This document shows positions 9,283 to 18,069 of a stretch of 64,000 nucleotides of DNA, piece after piece (the stretch's first letter is position 1; every line of letters begins with the position of its first letter). The notes under the pieces are model-generated. The model did no database searches, was not told the DNA's origin, and saw only the letters and a program-made list of their open reading frames with translations. The DNA is from a virus, in IMG/VR virus record IMGVR_UViG_3300005573_000057, positions 32,001-96,000 of that record; one strand, written 5' to 3'. Position numbers and translations under genes: made by a program.

Positions 9283-9956
9283 ATTATGCTGCTATTGAAA
9301 AAATTCAGTCGGTGATGGAAACGAATCTAAAAAATTACACTATACGGCCAATCTCCAACGCACTCGCAATGTCAGTTGTCATTCGGGAGCATTACCTCCA
9401 TCGTCGAGCGCCATGCAGTTTTGCCTTTGGTTTATTCTTGCATGATGAACTCAAAGGTGTTATAACCTATGGAACACCAAGCAGTGCCCCGTTACGAAAG
9501 GGTTTGGCAGGCCCAGAGAACAGTTCCAATGTCATTGAACTTACGCGCCTTTGGGTGAATGACGATGTTCCACGAAACGGTGAAAGTTTTTTGATAGGCA
9601 ACACTGTGCGCTTGGTTGATAAAGAGTTTGTTGTGTCCTTTGCGGAAATTCAGCAGGGGCATTTAGGTATTGTCTATCAGGCTACGAATTGGATTTATAC
9701 CGGGCTATCGGCAAAGCGCACGAACTGGCATGTTGACGGTGATACCCGGCATAGTCAGAGTTTGGGAGACGAATATCGGACAGCCGCCGCATTACGTGAA
9801 AAATTTGGTGATGCGTTCACTCTTGTTCCGCGACCACGAAAGCATAGATATGTGTTTTTCAATGCAAACAAGCGTAGACGTAAGGAAATGCTGAAAGAGT
9901 TACGGTATCCTATACTCCCCTATCCAAAAAACTTGACAAATGAAGGACAGTCATGA
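9279..9956 (+). CDS. Mom-like DNA-modifying GNAT acetyltransferase
   Basis: HYLHR, GVITYG, ELTRLW, ESFLIG, VSFA..GH.GIVYQATNWIYTG, KHRY motifs of the Mu Mom family. Confidence 0.75.
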   Translation: MNYAAIEKIQSVMETNLKNYTIRPISNALAMSVVIREHYLHRRAPCSFAFGLFLHDELKGVITYGTPSSAPLRKGLAGPENSSNVIELTRLWVNDDVPRNGESFLIGNTVRLVDKEFVVSFAEIQQGHLGIVYQATNWIYTGLSAKRTNWHVDGDTRHSQSLGDEYRTAAALREKFGDAFTLVPRPRKHRYVFFNANKRRRKEMLKELRYPILPYPKNLTNEGQS

Positions 9957-10987
9957 ACAAGCTTCTAGGAATTGTAACGAGAGCCAATCAACGACGCCAA
10001 GATCGGAAATGGAACAAATACAAGGATGTGTTGTTGACTGGTATTGATAACCCCATTAGACGATCAAATTACAACACAGTCCTTGATAATCAGCGTAGAC
10101 AAGAAGAACGACAGTACAGTTACTTGACCCCACCCAAAGGACTGTTAAAACAATTGTTAGAACAATTGGGGTGGAATACACAACTAGACTCCCATGAGAA
10201 AGAATCGGAGTTCATGTATCAACTCACAAAACGAGTCTTGGATAAGCTTATTTGTTGGGATCTGGTCGATGTTCAATCCGTTGCATCGGTATTACCATTT
10301 GTGTACTTTACGGAATATGATGGCAGTTCTAAGTTAAGTAAAAGGCATGCGGTGTTGGTAAAGACTCGTGGTTTAGACGTTAAGACCACACTGGATGCTG
10401 TAGGATGTGTCGAACTCCGAAAAGCTGTTTTAGATGAATTAAGTACGGCTATTGCAAAAGAAATCAATCATGACTTGCTAGACACGTTAGCCAGTATCAG
10501 TGATCAATCATCTACACCAGTTTCGGGGGAAGCTTATGATTATTCGAGTAAGGCGGTTGAACACTTAGTCAACGAAATCGGAAACGTCAATAGACGATGG
10601 CGCGTCAATTGGGCTATCATGGATTATTTAACCTATTACAAGTGGAAAAATTCTGCCCATTCTTTCTATGGTAACTTTATTTCGGATGAAGTGCATACGG
10701 CTATTGCAGAAGAAATCAAGTTGGCTGGTATTTTATATGTCGGTATGACAAGTACAGGAGTCAGGCTCTATGTTTCCGATCATCTGAAAACCTCATTGTT
10801 GGTTGGTTGCAAAGGGTTAGAACTTGATGCTGGATATATCTTCAGCCCCTATGTTCTGTCCGGTGCGATGATGGTTGACTCTGAAACCTATGAACCTATC
10901 TTGAAATTCAAAATCCGGTATGCTGAATACGTAACTGGAAAGCATTACTACAAATCCACTGATCTCTACAAAACTCACAAGGAATAA
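9953..10987 (+). CDS. Divergent gp23/gp24-family capsid (vertex-like) protein
   Basis: ELSTAIAKEINHDLL, DAGYIFSPYV and YEPILKFKIRYA resemble conserved T4 gp23 segments. Confidence 0.7.
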   Translation: MNKLLGIVTRANQRRQDRKWNKYKDVLLTGIDNPIRRSNYNTVLDNQRRQEERQYSYLTPPKGLLKQLLEQLGWNTQLDSHEKESEFMYQLTKRVLDKLICWDLVDVQSVASVLPFVYFTEYDGSSKLSKRHAVLVKTRGLDVKTTLDAVGCVELRKAVLDELSTAIAKEINHDLLDTLASISDQSSTPVSGEAYDYSSKAVEHLVNEIGNVNRRWRVNWAIMDYLTYYKWKNSAHSFYGNFISDEVHTAIAEEIKLAGILYVGMTSTGVRLYVSDHLKTSLLVGCKGLELDAGYIFSPYVLSGAMMVDSETYEPILKFKIRYAEYVTGKHYYKSTDLYKTHKE

Positions 10988-10989
10988 TC

Positions 10990-11157
10990 ATGACAGAAGA
11001 ACAGAAGCAACTTTTGATTAAACTCAATGGAGAACTTATCAAACTCATGCCATTGCTCGACACAGTAACAGACATTATCATCCTTGTAGACCAAATCAAC
11101 ACTTCCTTTGGTATCCAGAGCGATGTTTCCAACGCCTTCGATGTTCCTGAATGCTAA
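10990..11157 (+). CDS. Hypothetical protein (55 aa, MTEEQKQLLIKL...)
   Basis: AAGGA ribosome-binding site; directly follows the previous stop; below the ORF-track cutoff. Confidence 0.55.
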   Translation: MTEEQKQLLIKLNGELIKLMPLLDTVTDIIILVDQINTSFGIQSDVSNAFDVPEC

Positions 11158-11184
11158 ACTTGGAAATTGTTCTATACTTGCATT

Positions 11185-11236
11185 GTCAACTACCCCGGAT
11201 TGAAACCGCAAGGCTGATAGCTTGGTTGATCAGGGA
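11185..11236 (+). mobile_element. 5' fragment of an IscB-family element / omegaRNA
   Basis: gtcaactaccccgg...aaccgcaaggctgatagcttggttgatcaggga matches the omegaRNA 5' ends at 53173 and 32761, with an internal deletion. Confidence 0.8.
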
Positions 11237-11291
11237 TGCCCATGTCTCCGATGATGTTCGGGTCTGTGAGAATGAAGAAATTTCTTCTTGA
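11235..11291 (+). pseudogene. 3' remnant of a hexapeptide-repeat gene (DAHVSDDVRVCENEEISS*)
   Basis: Same EEISS* terminus as the adjacent paralogs. Confidence 0.8.
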
Positions 11292-11345
11292 CTTTTGCTG
11301 TTAGTAATCTATAATTCAGTTGTAAACATTCACAAGGAGCGATCC
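11275..11345 (+). promoter_or_regulatory. Cassette promoter/leader repeat copy 1 (TTGACT-N17-TATAAT plus AAGGAG)
   Basis: gaaatttcttcTTGACT...TATAAT..gttgtaaacatt..aaggag; six copies in the window. Confidence 0.85.
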
Positions 11346-11912
11346 ATGAAAAAATATGAATTGTTGAAAAATGACTCTATCCAATTTTCTGGTCATACCC
11401 TTTACCGTATCCGTGCTCTACGCAATTTCGGCGGTGTTCACGTGGGCAACAAGGGCGGCTATATTGAATCCGAAAATAACTTGAGTCACGATGGAGACTG
11501 CTGGGTATCCGACAATGCTCAGGTCTTTTGGAACGCTCATGTCACCGGGAATGCTCGGGTCTCCGAGAATGCTCAGGTCTTTTGGAATGCTCGTGTCTAT
11601 GGCAATGCTCGGGTCTCTGGGAGTGCTCTGGTTTTTGATAGTGCCGAGGTTTACGAGAATGCTCGTATTTATGAATATGCTCAAGTCTCCGGGAAGGCCC
11701 AAGTATCCGGGAATGCTCAAGTCTTCGGACGTGCTAATGTCTTTGAGAATGCTCTGGTTTATGGGAACGCTCGGGTCTACAAAAATGCTATGGTCTATGG
11801 TCATTCTAATGTCTTTGAAAATGCTCAAGTCTATGGAAGCGCTCGGGTCTACGGAAATGCGCAGGTCTATGGGGATACTCAGGTTTCTGGGGATGAAGAA
11901 ATTTCTTCTTGA
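11346..11912 (+). CDS. Hexapeptide-repeat (beta-helix) protein, paralog 1
   Basis: MKKYELL..LYRIRALR.FG..GGYIESE.NLS..G.CWV head, then (A)xV[YFS][GDE][ND] hexads. Confidence 0.88.
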   Translation: MKKYELLKNDSIQFSGHTLYRIRALRNFGGVHVGNKGGYIESENNLSHDGDCWVSDNAQVFWNAHVTGNARVSENAQVFWNARVYGNARVSGSALVFDSAEVYENARIYEYAQVSGKAQVSGNAQVFGRANVFENALVYGNARVYKNAMVYGHSNVFENAQVYGSARVYGNAQVYGDTQVSGDEEISS

Positions 11913-11966
11913 CTTTTTCTGTAGATGCTCTATAATTAAGTTGTAAACATTGATAAGGAGTTGGTC
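11895..11966 (+). promoter_or_regulatory. Cassette promoter/leader repeat copy 2
   Basis: TTGACT overlaps the upstream TGA; TATAAT 17 nt later; gataaggagttggtc leader. Confidence 0.85.
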
Positions 11967-12515
11967 ATGAACAAGTACGAACTGTTGAAAGATGACGCCA
12001 TTGTAATTGCTGGCCGAACTCTATACCGTGTTCGTGCTTTGCGCGATTTCGGTAATGTTCGTTCTGGGGACAATGGTGGCTATCTCGAATCCGAAAACAA
12101 TTTGAGTCAAGATGGAAACTGCTGGGTATCCGATGATGCTCGGGTCTTCGAGGATGCTTGGGTCTTCGATGATGCTCGGGTCTCTGGGAATGCTCAGGTC
12201 TTTGGAAATGCTCAGGTCTCTTGGAATGCCAAAGTATCTGGGAATGCTCAAGTATTTGGGGACGCTATGATTTATGGGGATGCTCGGGTCTCTGAGAATG
12301 CTCGGGTCTCCGGGAATGTTTGTGTCTATGGAAATGCCAAGGTCTACGGCTACAGTCATGTCTTTAGGAATGCTTTGGTCTTTGGGAATTCCGAGGTCTA
12401 TGGGCGTGCTTTGGTCTTCGATGATGCTCTAGTCTTCGATAATGCTCGGGTTTACGGAAATGCGCAGGTCTACGGGGATATTCAGGTCTCTGGGAATGAA
12501 GAAATTTCTTCTTGA
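11967..12515 (+). CDS. Hexapeptide-repeat protein, paralog 2
   Basis: Same head domain and hexads; EEISS end. Confidence 0.88.
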   Translation: MNKYELLKDDAIVIAGRTLYRVRALRDFGNVRSGDNGGYLESENNLSQDGNCWVSDDARVFEDAWVFDDARVSGNAQVFGNAQVSWNAKVSGNAQVFGDAMIYGDARVSENARVSGNVCVYGNAKVYGYSHVFRNALVFGNSEVYGRALVFDDALVFDNARVYGNAQVYGDIQVSGNEEISS

Positions 12516-12569
12516 CATTTGCTAGGGATCATCTATAATTCAATCGTAAACATTGATAAGGAGTTGGTT
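12498..12569 (+). promoter_or_regulatory. Cassette promoter/leader repeat copy 3 (consensus TTGACA-N17-TATAAT)
   Basis: cttgacatttgctagggatcatctataat...gataaggagttggtt. Confidence 0.88.
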
Positions 12570-13244
12570 ATGAACAAGTATGAACTCTTGGAAGATGACA
12601 CCGTTGAAGTCAATGGCCGTACCTTTTACCGGATTCGCGCTCTGCGCGATTTCGGTGATGTTCGTTCTGGCGACAAGGGTGGCTATATTGAATCTGAAAA
12701 GAATTTGAGCCAAATCGGAAACTGCTGGGTATCCGACAATGCGCGGGTCTTCGAGAATGCGCGGATTTTTGGGAATGCTCGAATCTTTGGGAACGCTATG
12801 ATTTATGGGAATGCTCGGGTCTACGATGATGCTCGGGTCTTTGGGGATGCTTGTGTCTATGGGAATTCTTCGGTCTTTTTGGATGCTTGTGTCTATGGGA
12901 ATGCTATGATTTATGGGACTGCTCGGGTATCAAGAACTTCTCGGGTATTCGGGAATGCCGAGGTCTACGAAAATGCGCAGGTCTCCGGTAATGATCAGGT
13001 CTATGGGAATGCCAAGGTCGCTGGGAATTCTTGGGTATTTGGGAATGTGAGAATCTTCGATGATGCTCGTGTCTTTGATAATTCTCGTGTCTATGAAAAT
13101 GCTCAGGTATTCGATAGTGCCCTAGTTTTCGGTAGTGCTATAGTCTCCGGTAGTTCTCAGGTCTTTGGGAATGCTCGGGTCTCGGGGAATGCTCGGGTTT
13201 CCGGGGACTCTCTGATTTCACGGAATGCAGAAATTTCTTCTTGA
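12570..13244 (+). CDS. Hexapeptide-repeat protein, paralog 3
   Basis: Same head domain, longer hexad array, EISS end. Confidence 0.88.
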   Translation: MNKYELLEDDTVEVNGRTFYRIRALRDFGDVRSGDKGGYIESEKNLSQIGNCWVSDNARVFENARIFGNARIFGNAMIYGNARVYDDARVFGDACVYGNSSVFLDACVYGNAMIYGTARVSRTSRVFGNAEVYENAQVSGNDQVYGNAKVAGNSWVFGNVRIFDDARVFDNSRVYENAQVFDSALVFGSAIVSGSSQVFGNARVSGNARVSGDSLISRNAEISS

Positions 13245-13401
13245 ATTTTAGCAACTTCACCATGTAAGGCCAACGACCATTTAATTGTTCGTTGGCTTTT
13301 TTGTATTCCAACTGACAGTGAATCAATTGTTCTGGTTGGCCCGTACTGAGCAAAAATTCAATATACTAACTAATACTATATTCCTCATTAGGAACCCAAA
13401 A

Positions 13402-13626
13402 ATGAAATCATTTAAGCAATTTGTGGCCGAACAGCGTATTTTTGAAGCTGATCTTTCCAAGTTTATTGACAAACGCACCAATCCTTCGACCGGCAAGGAA
13501 GAATGGGCATTCATTGATATTCACAAACCTGATAAAGTTTTCAAGTATTTTGGTACAGAAAAACCATCTGACGAGGAAATCCGCAAGGAACTCGGTGATG
13601 TAGAATATTTCAAAAATAACGGCTAA
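13402..13626 (+). CDS. Putative internal head protein
   Basis: N-terminus MKSFKQFVAE resembles the T4 capsid-targeting sequence MKTYQEFIAE. Confidence 0.55.
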   Translation: MKSFKQFVAEQRIFEADLSKFIDKRTNPSTGKEEWAFIDIHKPDKVFKYFGTEKPSDEEIRKELGDVEYFKNNG

Positions 13627-13629
13627 AGC

Positions 13630-14109
13630 ATGAAAACATTCAACCAATTCCTTTTAGAAACTCTCACAAAAAATGCATCAGCGAAGGACTGGATTGACGA
13701 TTTTGTCAATTCGACTGATCCAAAGTTTGAAGGCAAATCCAAAGAAGAAAGAACCAACATGGCTTTGGCTGCATTCTATGCCAAACAGGGTAAAGTTGAC
13801 GAATCCATGACTTCGGTTGCAAGTGCTATGCACAAAGATCTGATTGTCGAAACCCCCATCATCGGGCCTGTTCACCATCCTAACACGCCTTCAAACGGCT
13901 CTCTATCAAAAGGAAGATCTGGGGTCTTGAGCGTGAACATGGATCAATTTAAAGATAAGTGGAAAACGTTTAGTGACAATGTTCGGCTAGCCGACAACAT
14001 TTCCAATACAAATGGAAAATTCTTCACCTTTGATGTGACGCCTTATTTGGACTGGCTCAACGACTTCAATATTTTTTACACCTTCACAGAAAAAGACTCT
14101 CCCATTTAA
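13630..14109 (+). CDS. Putative internal head protein
   Basis: N-terminus MKTFNQFLLE; WIDDFVNSTDPKFEGKSKEER segment. Confidence 0.55.
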   Translation: MKTFNQFLLETLTKNASAKDWIDDFVNSTDPKFEGKSKEERTNMALAAFYAKQGKVDESMTSVASAMHKDLIVETPIIGPVHHPNTPSNGSLSKGRSGVLSVNMDQFKDKWKTFSDNVRLADNISNTNGKFFTFDVTPYLDWLNDFNIFYTFTEKDSPI

Positions 14110-14114
14110 TTATT

Positions 14115-14609
14115 ATGCCACAACGATACCGGCTTGTCAAGGGAAATACCAAGATTGCACTGAATATTGCCGGAAGGTTCCAGCCTCCGACAAATGCTCA
14201 CCTGTTGGTCGTTGAATCAGCAATCCTTCAAGCCAAACGAATGGGTGCGAATTTGTATTTGACTTTGGACGAATCTCACGATCAAGAAAAAAATCCACTG
14301 AATATTGATCAGCGAATTCGTTTTTTGAAGATTCTCTTGAGCCAATCAAATGTTTCTCTGGAATTCATGAATGAATCGTCATTCCTTGCAGAAGGATATG
14401 AGCGTGTTGTGGATGTACAACAGAACATGGGAAATCCTGACAAAGAGCGATTGTCGGGTATCAGTCCGGTGTTTATGCGTCACGCTGCCAAGACTGGTGA
14501 TCTACAACAATTTTCAACTGGACTCCCCGCATGGGTCTCCGAACAGAATGCACTAACTATATTGAATGCCATGCGCCAAGGCATGAAATTACCGAACCTA
14601 CAAAAATGA
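14115..14609 (+). CDS. Cytidylyltransferase-like protein
   Basis: GRFQPPTNAH, KNPL and SGISP...MR motifs resemble the nucleotidyltransferases of T4-like phages. Confidence 0.65.
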   Translation: MPQRYRLVKGNTKIALNIAGRFQPPTNAHLLVVESAILQAKRMGANLYLTLDESHDQEKNPLNIDQRIRFLKILLSQSNVSLEFMNESSFLAEGYERVVDVQQNMGNPDKERLSGISPVFMRHAAKTGDLQQFSTGLPAWVSEQNALTILNAMRQGMKLPNLQK

Positions 14610-15982
14610 TTGAAAATCCATTCTATCTAGCTCAGGAACTTGACGAAGCCAATCAACGGGGTAGTCTTGATTCGTGGAACAAATACACAGCCGATGAACA
14701 AGCTCAACTCAGGGCGAATCGGAACAGCATCTATTTCAACACGAAATACCCACTTAAGAAAAAGGGCGAAAAGGCTGCTACCGAAGAACCCAAAGGCGAG
14801 AACACAATCAAAGACCCCGAGGAAATCAATAATAAAGTCAGGGCCAAAGTTGTTCATAATCGGGCAAACCGCAAGGAAAACGAGCGTTGGAATCAACAAT
14901 CCATTGATGACGAGAAGCCGGATAGTTCGAACAATAGTGCTGATAAACCTGCTGGCGATCATTTGAAAGACCTTCATGCTCCTTTGATCAAGGGGTCTGC
15001 GATTACTCTCGCTAGTGGTGCAGCAAAAGAAATTACCAAAGCAGTAGCTAAGACATTTATTGACCTGAATCCAGAAACAGATATTGAAGTAGTTGAAAAA
15101 TTTTGCGATCATAATTCCAAAGAACGGAAAGCGTTGGTCAAAGGAATCAAGACGATTGCTAAAGGTACAACGGAATTCATTAAGCATACAGGCCACGAAT
15201 GGAAAAATGGCGCTAAGGGATTGCAAAAATTTGCTTCTGGCAAGGGAAATCCGAAAGAACGCTGGAATGCCTTGAGTGAGCACGAGAAAAAAGGAATCAA
15301 GGTTATTGGGAAAGAATTGACCCTCGCTATTGGTTCACTCATGATGACTGGTGAAGTGGGGCACATTGTTGCTGAATACGGTCTTTCTGGATCGGGCCTG
15401 AAAGCCTTTGGTGAAGCACTGGCAACCGATCTGGTACGAACAACGATTGTTGCATCGGCAATCAAAGGAACATACTATGGTCTCCATTCGTTGTTTGCAG
15501 ATGAAAACGGGGATGCCGAAGCTCAAGCCGTGATCAAGGATCTGATCAATCGTGCTGCTGCAATTGCTCAATCTGCTCAATTCGACCCGAATCTGCTAAT
15601 CAAGAACATGATCGAAGTTCAAAAACAAGGTTCTTCCAAAGATCGAAAAGATGACAAGAAATTCCTTGCTAAAGAATCTCGTAAAGCTGTTCGTTACACT
15701 GATTTCCTCAATGAGTGCAGAACATCCTTGATTGGTTTGTATGACACACGTACCTTGAAAGTGGTCTATACGATGCCGACAAATGTGGACTATTATACGA
15801 AGCTCGGTATGAAAGTGGTCAAAGAAGATACTCGGGATGAATTGAAAGCTGCCATGAGAGACAGTGGTTTGTATGATTATCTTGGTTCATCCCGAGATTT
15901 AGAAATTGATAAAATTCTTGAAAAAATGTTTTCGAATGTCAGTATTACCGCTGACCCGAATCATACGGAACTCAAAAATTGA
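14606..15982 (+). CDS. Hypothetical protein (possibly virion-associated)
   Basis: 458-aa ORF; ATGA overlap with the previous stop; ACTAACTA upstream. Confidence 0.7.
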   Translation: MIENPFYLAQELDEANQRGSLDSWNKYTADEQAQLRANRNSIYFNTKYPLKKKGEKAATEEPKGENTIKDPEEINNKVRAKVVHNRANRKENERWNQQSIDDEKPDSSNNSADKPAGDHLKDLHAPLIKGSAITLASGAAKEITKAVAKTFIDLNPETDIEVVEKFCDHNSKERKALVKGIKTIAKGTTEFIKHTGHEWKNGAKGLQKFASGKGNPKERWNALSEHEKKGIKVIGKELTLAIGSLMMTGEVGHIVAEYGLSGSGLKAFGEALATDLVRTTIVASAIKGTYYGLHSLFADENGDAEAQAVIKDLINRAAAIAQSAQFDPNLLIKNMIEVQKQGSSKDRKDDKKFLAKESRKAVRYTDFLNECRTSLIGLYDTRTLKVVYTMPTNVDYYTKLGMKVVKEDTRDELKAAMRDSGLYDYLGSSRDLEIDKILEKMFSNVSITADPNHTELKN

Positions 15983-16030
15983 GTACACTAACTATTAACA
16001 TACAATAATCCTTTTAACGGAGAATAAAAA

Positions 16031-16828
16031 ATGCCACTTTGGTCTGATAAAGATACCGATGCTGGAATCCCTAAGTTTGCTGGTCTTGGGCAAGTCGTTG
16101 CCGTAGTCCTGTCTCAACCTGGATCTGGTTACACAGTTGCTCCTACCCTAACTTTCGCTGCACCACCAGCATCTATCACAGCCACGGCAACATCGACGCT
16201 GAATGGTAGTTCTGTTGGTTCTGTCACGATGGTTCTAAATGGAACAAATTACATCACCCCTCCAACTGTCACGTTCTCGGCTGCTCCTACCGGCGCTGGC
16301 AAAGTAACTGCCACTGGAACCGCTATCATGGATGGTCATGGTACTGTGGTAGGGGTCACACTGACAAACCCCGGATCGGGCTATGTGACTGCTCCTACAG
16401 TAACGTTCAGTGCGCCTCCGGTTCCTGTGACAGCGACTGGAACAGCGACAATCAATGCTTCTGGTCAAGTGGCTTCTGTTACGATCACAGATCCTGGTTC
16501 GTTCTACACTGTAGCAAATCCTCCGACTGTGACGTTCTCGGCCCCTCCTACGGGCGCTGGTAATGTAACTGCCACTGGTGTTGTTGCATTCAAAGAACGC
16601 AATTCTCACATCTTTAACCCCGGCAAGGCTGTTCTGTTCCTGAGTGTTGACCAAGCGCAATTGACTGCTAATCGTGCGTTGGGAATGAAAACTCCCGGAT
16701 GGTTCAGTTACAATAGCTACACGGATGGAAGTGGCGAAACGCATATCAGGATTGAACCCCTTGTAGCCATGAGCAAAACCGAAGCTTACGCCGGGAAGAA
16801 CCCTAACAACACTGTTGTTACTGGCTAA
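16031..16828 (+). CDS. Virion structural protein with repeated PGSGYT.APTVTFSAP modules
   Basis: MPLWSDKD start, four Thr/Gly/Pro-rich repeats, GGAG ribosome-binding site. Confidence 0.7.
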   Translation: MPLWSDKDTDAGIPKFAGLGQVVAVVLSQPGSGYTVAPTLTFAAPPASITATATSTLNGSSVGSVTMVLNGTNYITPPTVTFSAAPTGAGKVTATGTAIMDGHGTVVGVTLTNPGSGYVTAPTVTFSAPPVPVTATGTATINASGQVASVTITDPGSFYTVANPPTVTFSAPPTGAGNVTATGVVAFKERNSHIFNPGKAVLFLSVDQAQLTANRALGMKTPGWFSYNSYTDGSGETHIRIEPLVAMSKTEAYAGKNPNNTVVTG

Positions 16829-16849
16829 TCCTTTTTGAGTTGTGAATCC

Positions 16850-16891
16850 GAGGGCGTATTTGCCGTGCAGCAAATGTCGCCCTTTTTCTTT
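16850..16891 (+). terminator. Intrinsic terminator
   Basis: agggcg-tatttgc...gcaaatg-tcgccct hairpin followed by a T-rich run. Confidence 0.65.
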
Positions 16892-16909
16892 GGCCCATCC
16901 CCACATTCC

Positions 16910-17290
16910 ATGCTAGAAGCAAATAGTCAAAATAACGATTTTCTTAAAAAATGCTTGGAAATCTATTCCAAAAGAAATAATTGCGGAGTAGACGAATTTG
17001 AAAGTGACATTCGTTTACTGGTTAACATCAAGCGACTTCTTATTAAGATCAAAAATAATCCCGAATTGCCGACTCCATCATCTATCAGGCTTCTGAGTAA
17101 CCACTTGCGCGTGCTTTTCAATCTCTTTGGTACATACTCTATAGAAATGTTGGAATACACCATCCCAGAACCTTACTATGATGTGATGTTTGCAGGTCTT
17201 GTCGAATCAAAACTCATTACGGAGAAAGCTGCTATTCAAATCAATCCAGAGTCCATTCACCAAATCCAACGATTTACTGGAGTACAATAA
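16910..17290 (+). CDS. Conserved T4-like hypothetical protein
   Basis: EFESDI...IKRLL...RLLSNHLRVLFNLFG pattern; start uncertain. Confidence 0.65.
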   Translation: MLEANSQNNDFLKKCLEIYSKRNNCGVDEFESDIRLLVNIKRLLIKIKNNPELPTPSSIRLLSNHLRVLFNLFGTYSIEMLEYTIPEPYYDVMFAGLVESKLITEKAAIQINPESIHQIQRFTGVQ

Positions 17291-18060
17291 TGTCAGGAAC
17301 ATCCTTTGTTGACGGAGTTCTAGCTTTCCGCATCCTGCAACTGCTTACCACTCCTTTCGAGGAAATGGATGCTTATAAACTCGGATTGATTAACGATCAA
17401 GGCGAACAACTTAAAAAGCCCACAACTGATGCAGAAAAACGAGCATGGACAATCTTAACAAGAGTTGTGGTACGGGTCAAACGCGCCGTGTTACGCAGTT
17501 CTGCCGGATCATTGGCTTCCATTGCTGCTGCTTACTGGTTGGTGAAAGAATGCTATGACAAGCGTGTGATCTATGGGTTGAGTATGATGACCGAGGAATA
17601 CGAAATCCTGCTTGAAAATGCTGACGAGTATATCCCTGTTGAAGAAATGGTCTTGATTCAATCCATTCTAGGGGAAGATGCGCCAACTAATAACACTACG
17701 GCAATCCCTGGTGAACACGAGCCTGTCATTACTCAGGCTGCTGCTCGGAAGTATCGTGAGTTCAATGTCACTTCATCAACATTCAACAAGTTTTCCAAAG
17801 GAAAACAGAAATTCAGTCGTTGGTCACAGTATATTGATACGACCAACGAAGAAGAAAACGATATGTATGACTACGCCAAGAAGAACCCACGCGGAATCAT
17901 CATTCTGAAACATGGGGATCAAACTCGTGCTATCCGATTCAACAGGCGTGGCGGTGGCAATTGGCACAAGATTCGTCGGCCTACACGCATTACCGAATCT
18001 ACCTACTCAGAAAATCCAATTGAGATTGAAATTTGTTGTGTTAATCTTTCAAAATTATAA
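17290..18060 (+). CDS. Conserved T4-like hypothetical protein
   Basis: FRILQLLTTPFEEMDAYKLGLINDQG; EDAPTN; TAATG coupling. Confidence 0.7.
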   Translation: MSGTSFVDGVLAFRILQLLTTPFEEMDAYKLGLINDQGEQLKKPTTDAEKRAWTILTRVVVRVKRAVLRSSAGSLASIAAAYWLVKECYDKRVIYGLSMMTEEYEILLENADEYIPVEEMVLIQSILGEDAPTNNTTAIPGEHEPVITQAAARKYREFNVTSSTFNKFSKGKQKFSRWSQYIDTTNEEENDMYDYAKKNPRGIIILKHGDQTRAIRFNRRGGGNWHKIRRPTRITESTYSENPIEIEICCVNLSKL

Positions 18061-18069
18061 ATAAAAATC

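Noticed and set aside
11346-13244. Diversity-generating retroelement or CRISPR explanation for the repeats
   Set aside because: No reverse transcriptase or cas gene in the window; differences between paralogs are not adenine-restricted; the repeats are coding hexads, not repeat-spacer units.
16235-16906. 223-aa antisense ORF over the structural gene
   Set aside because: Low-complexity Ser/Arg shadow of a Thr/Ala-rich gene; no recognisable motif.
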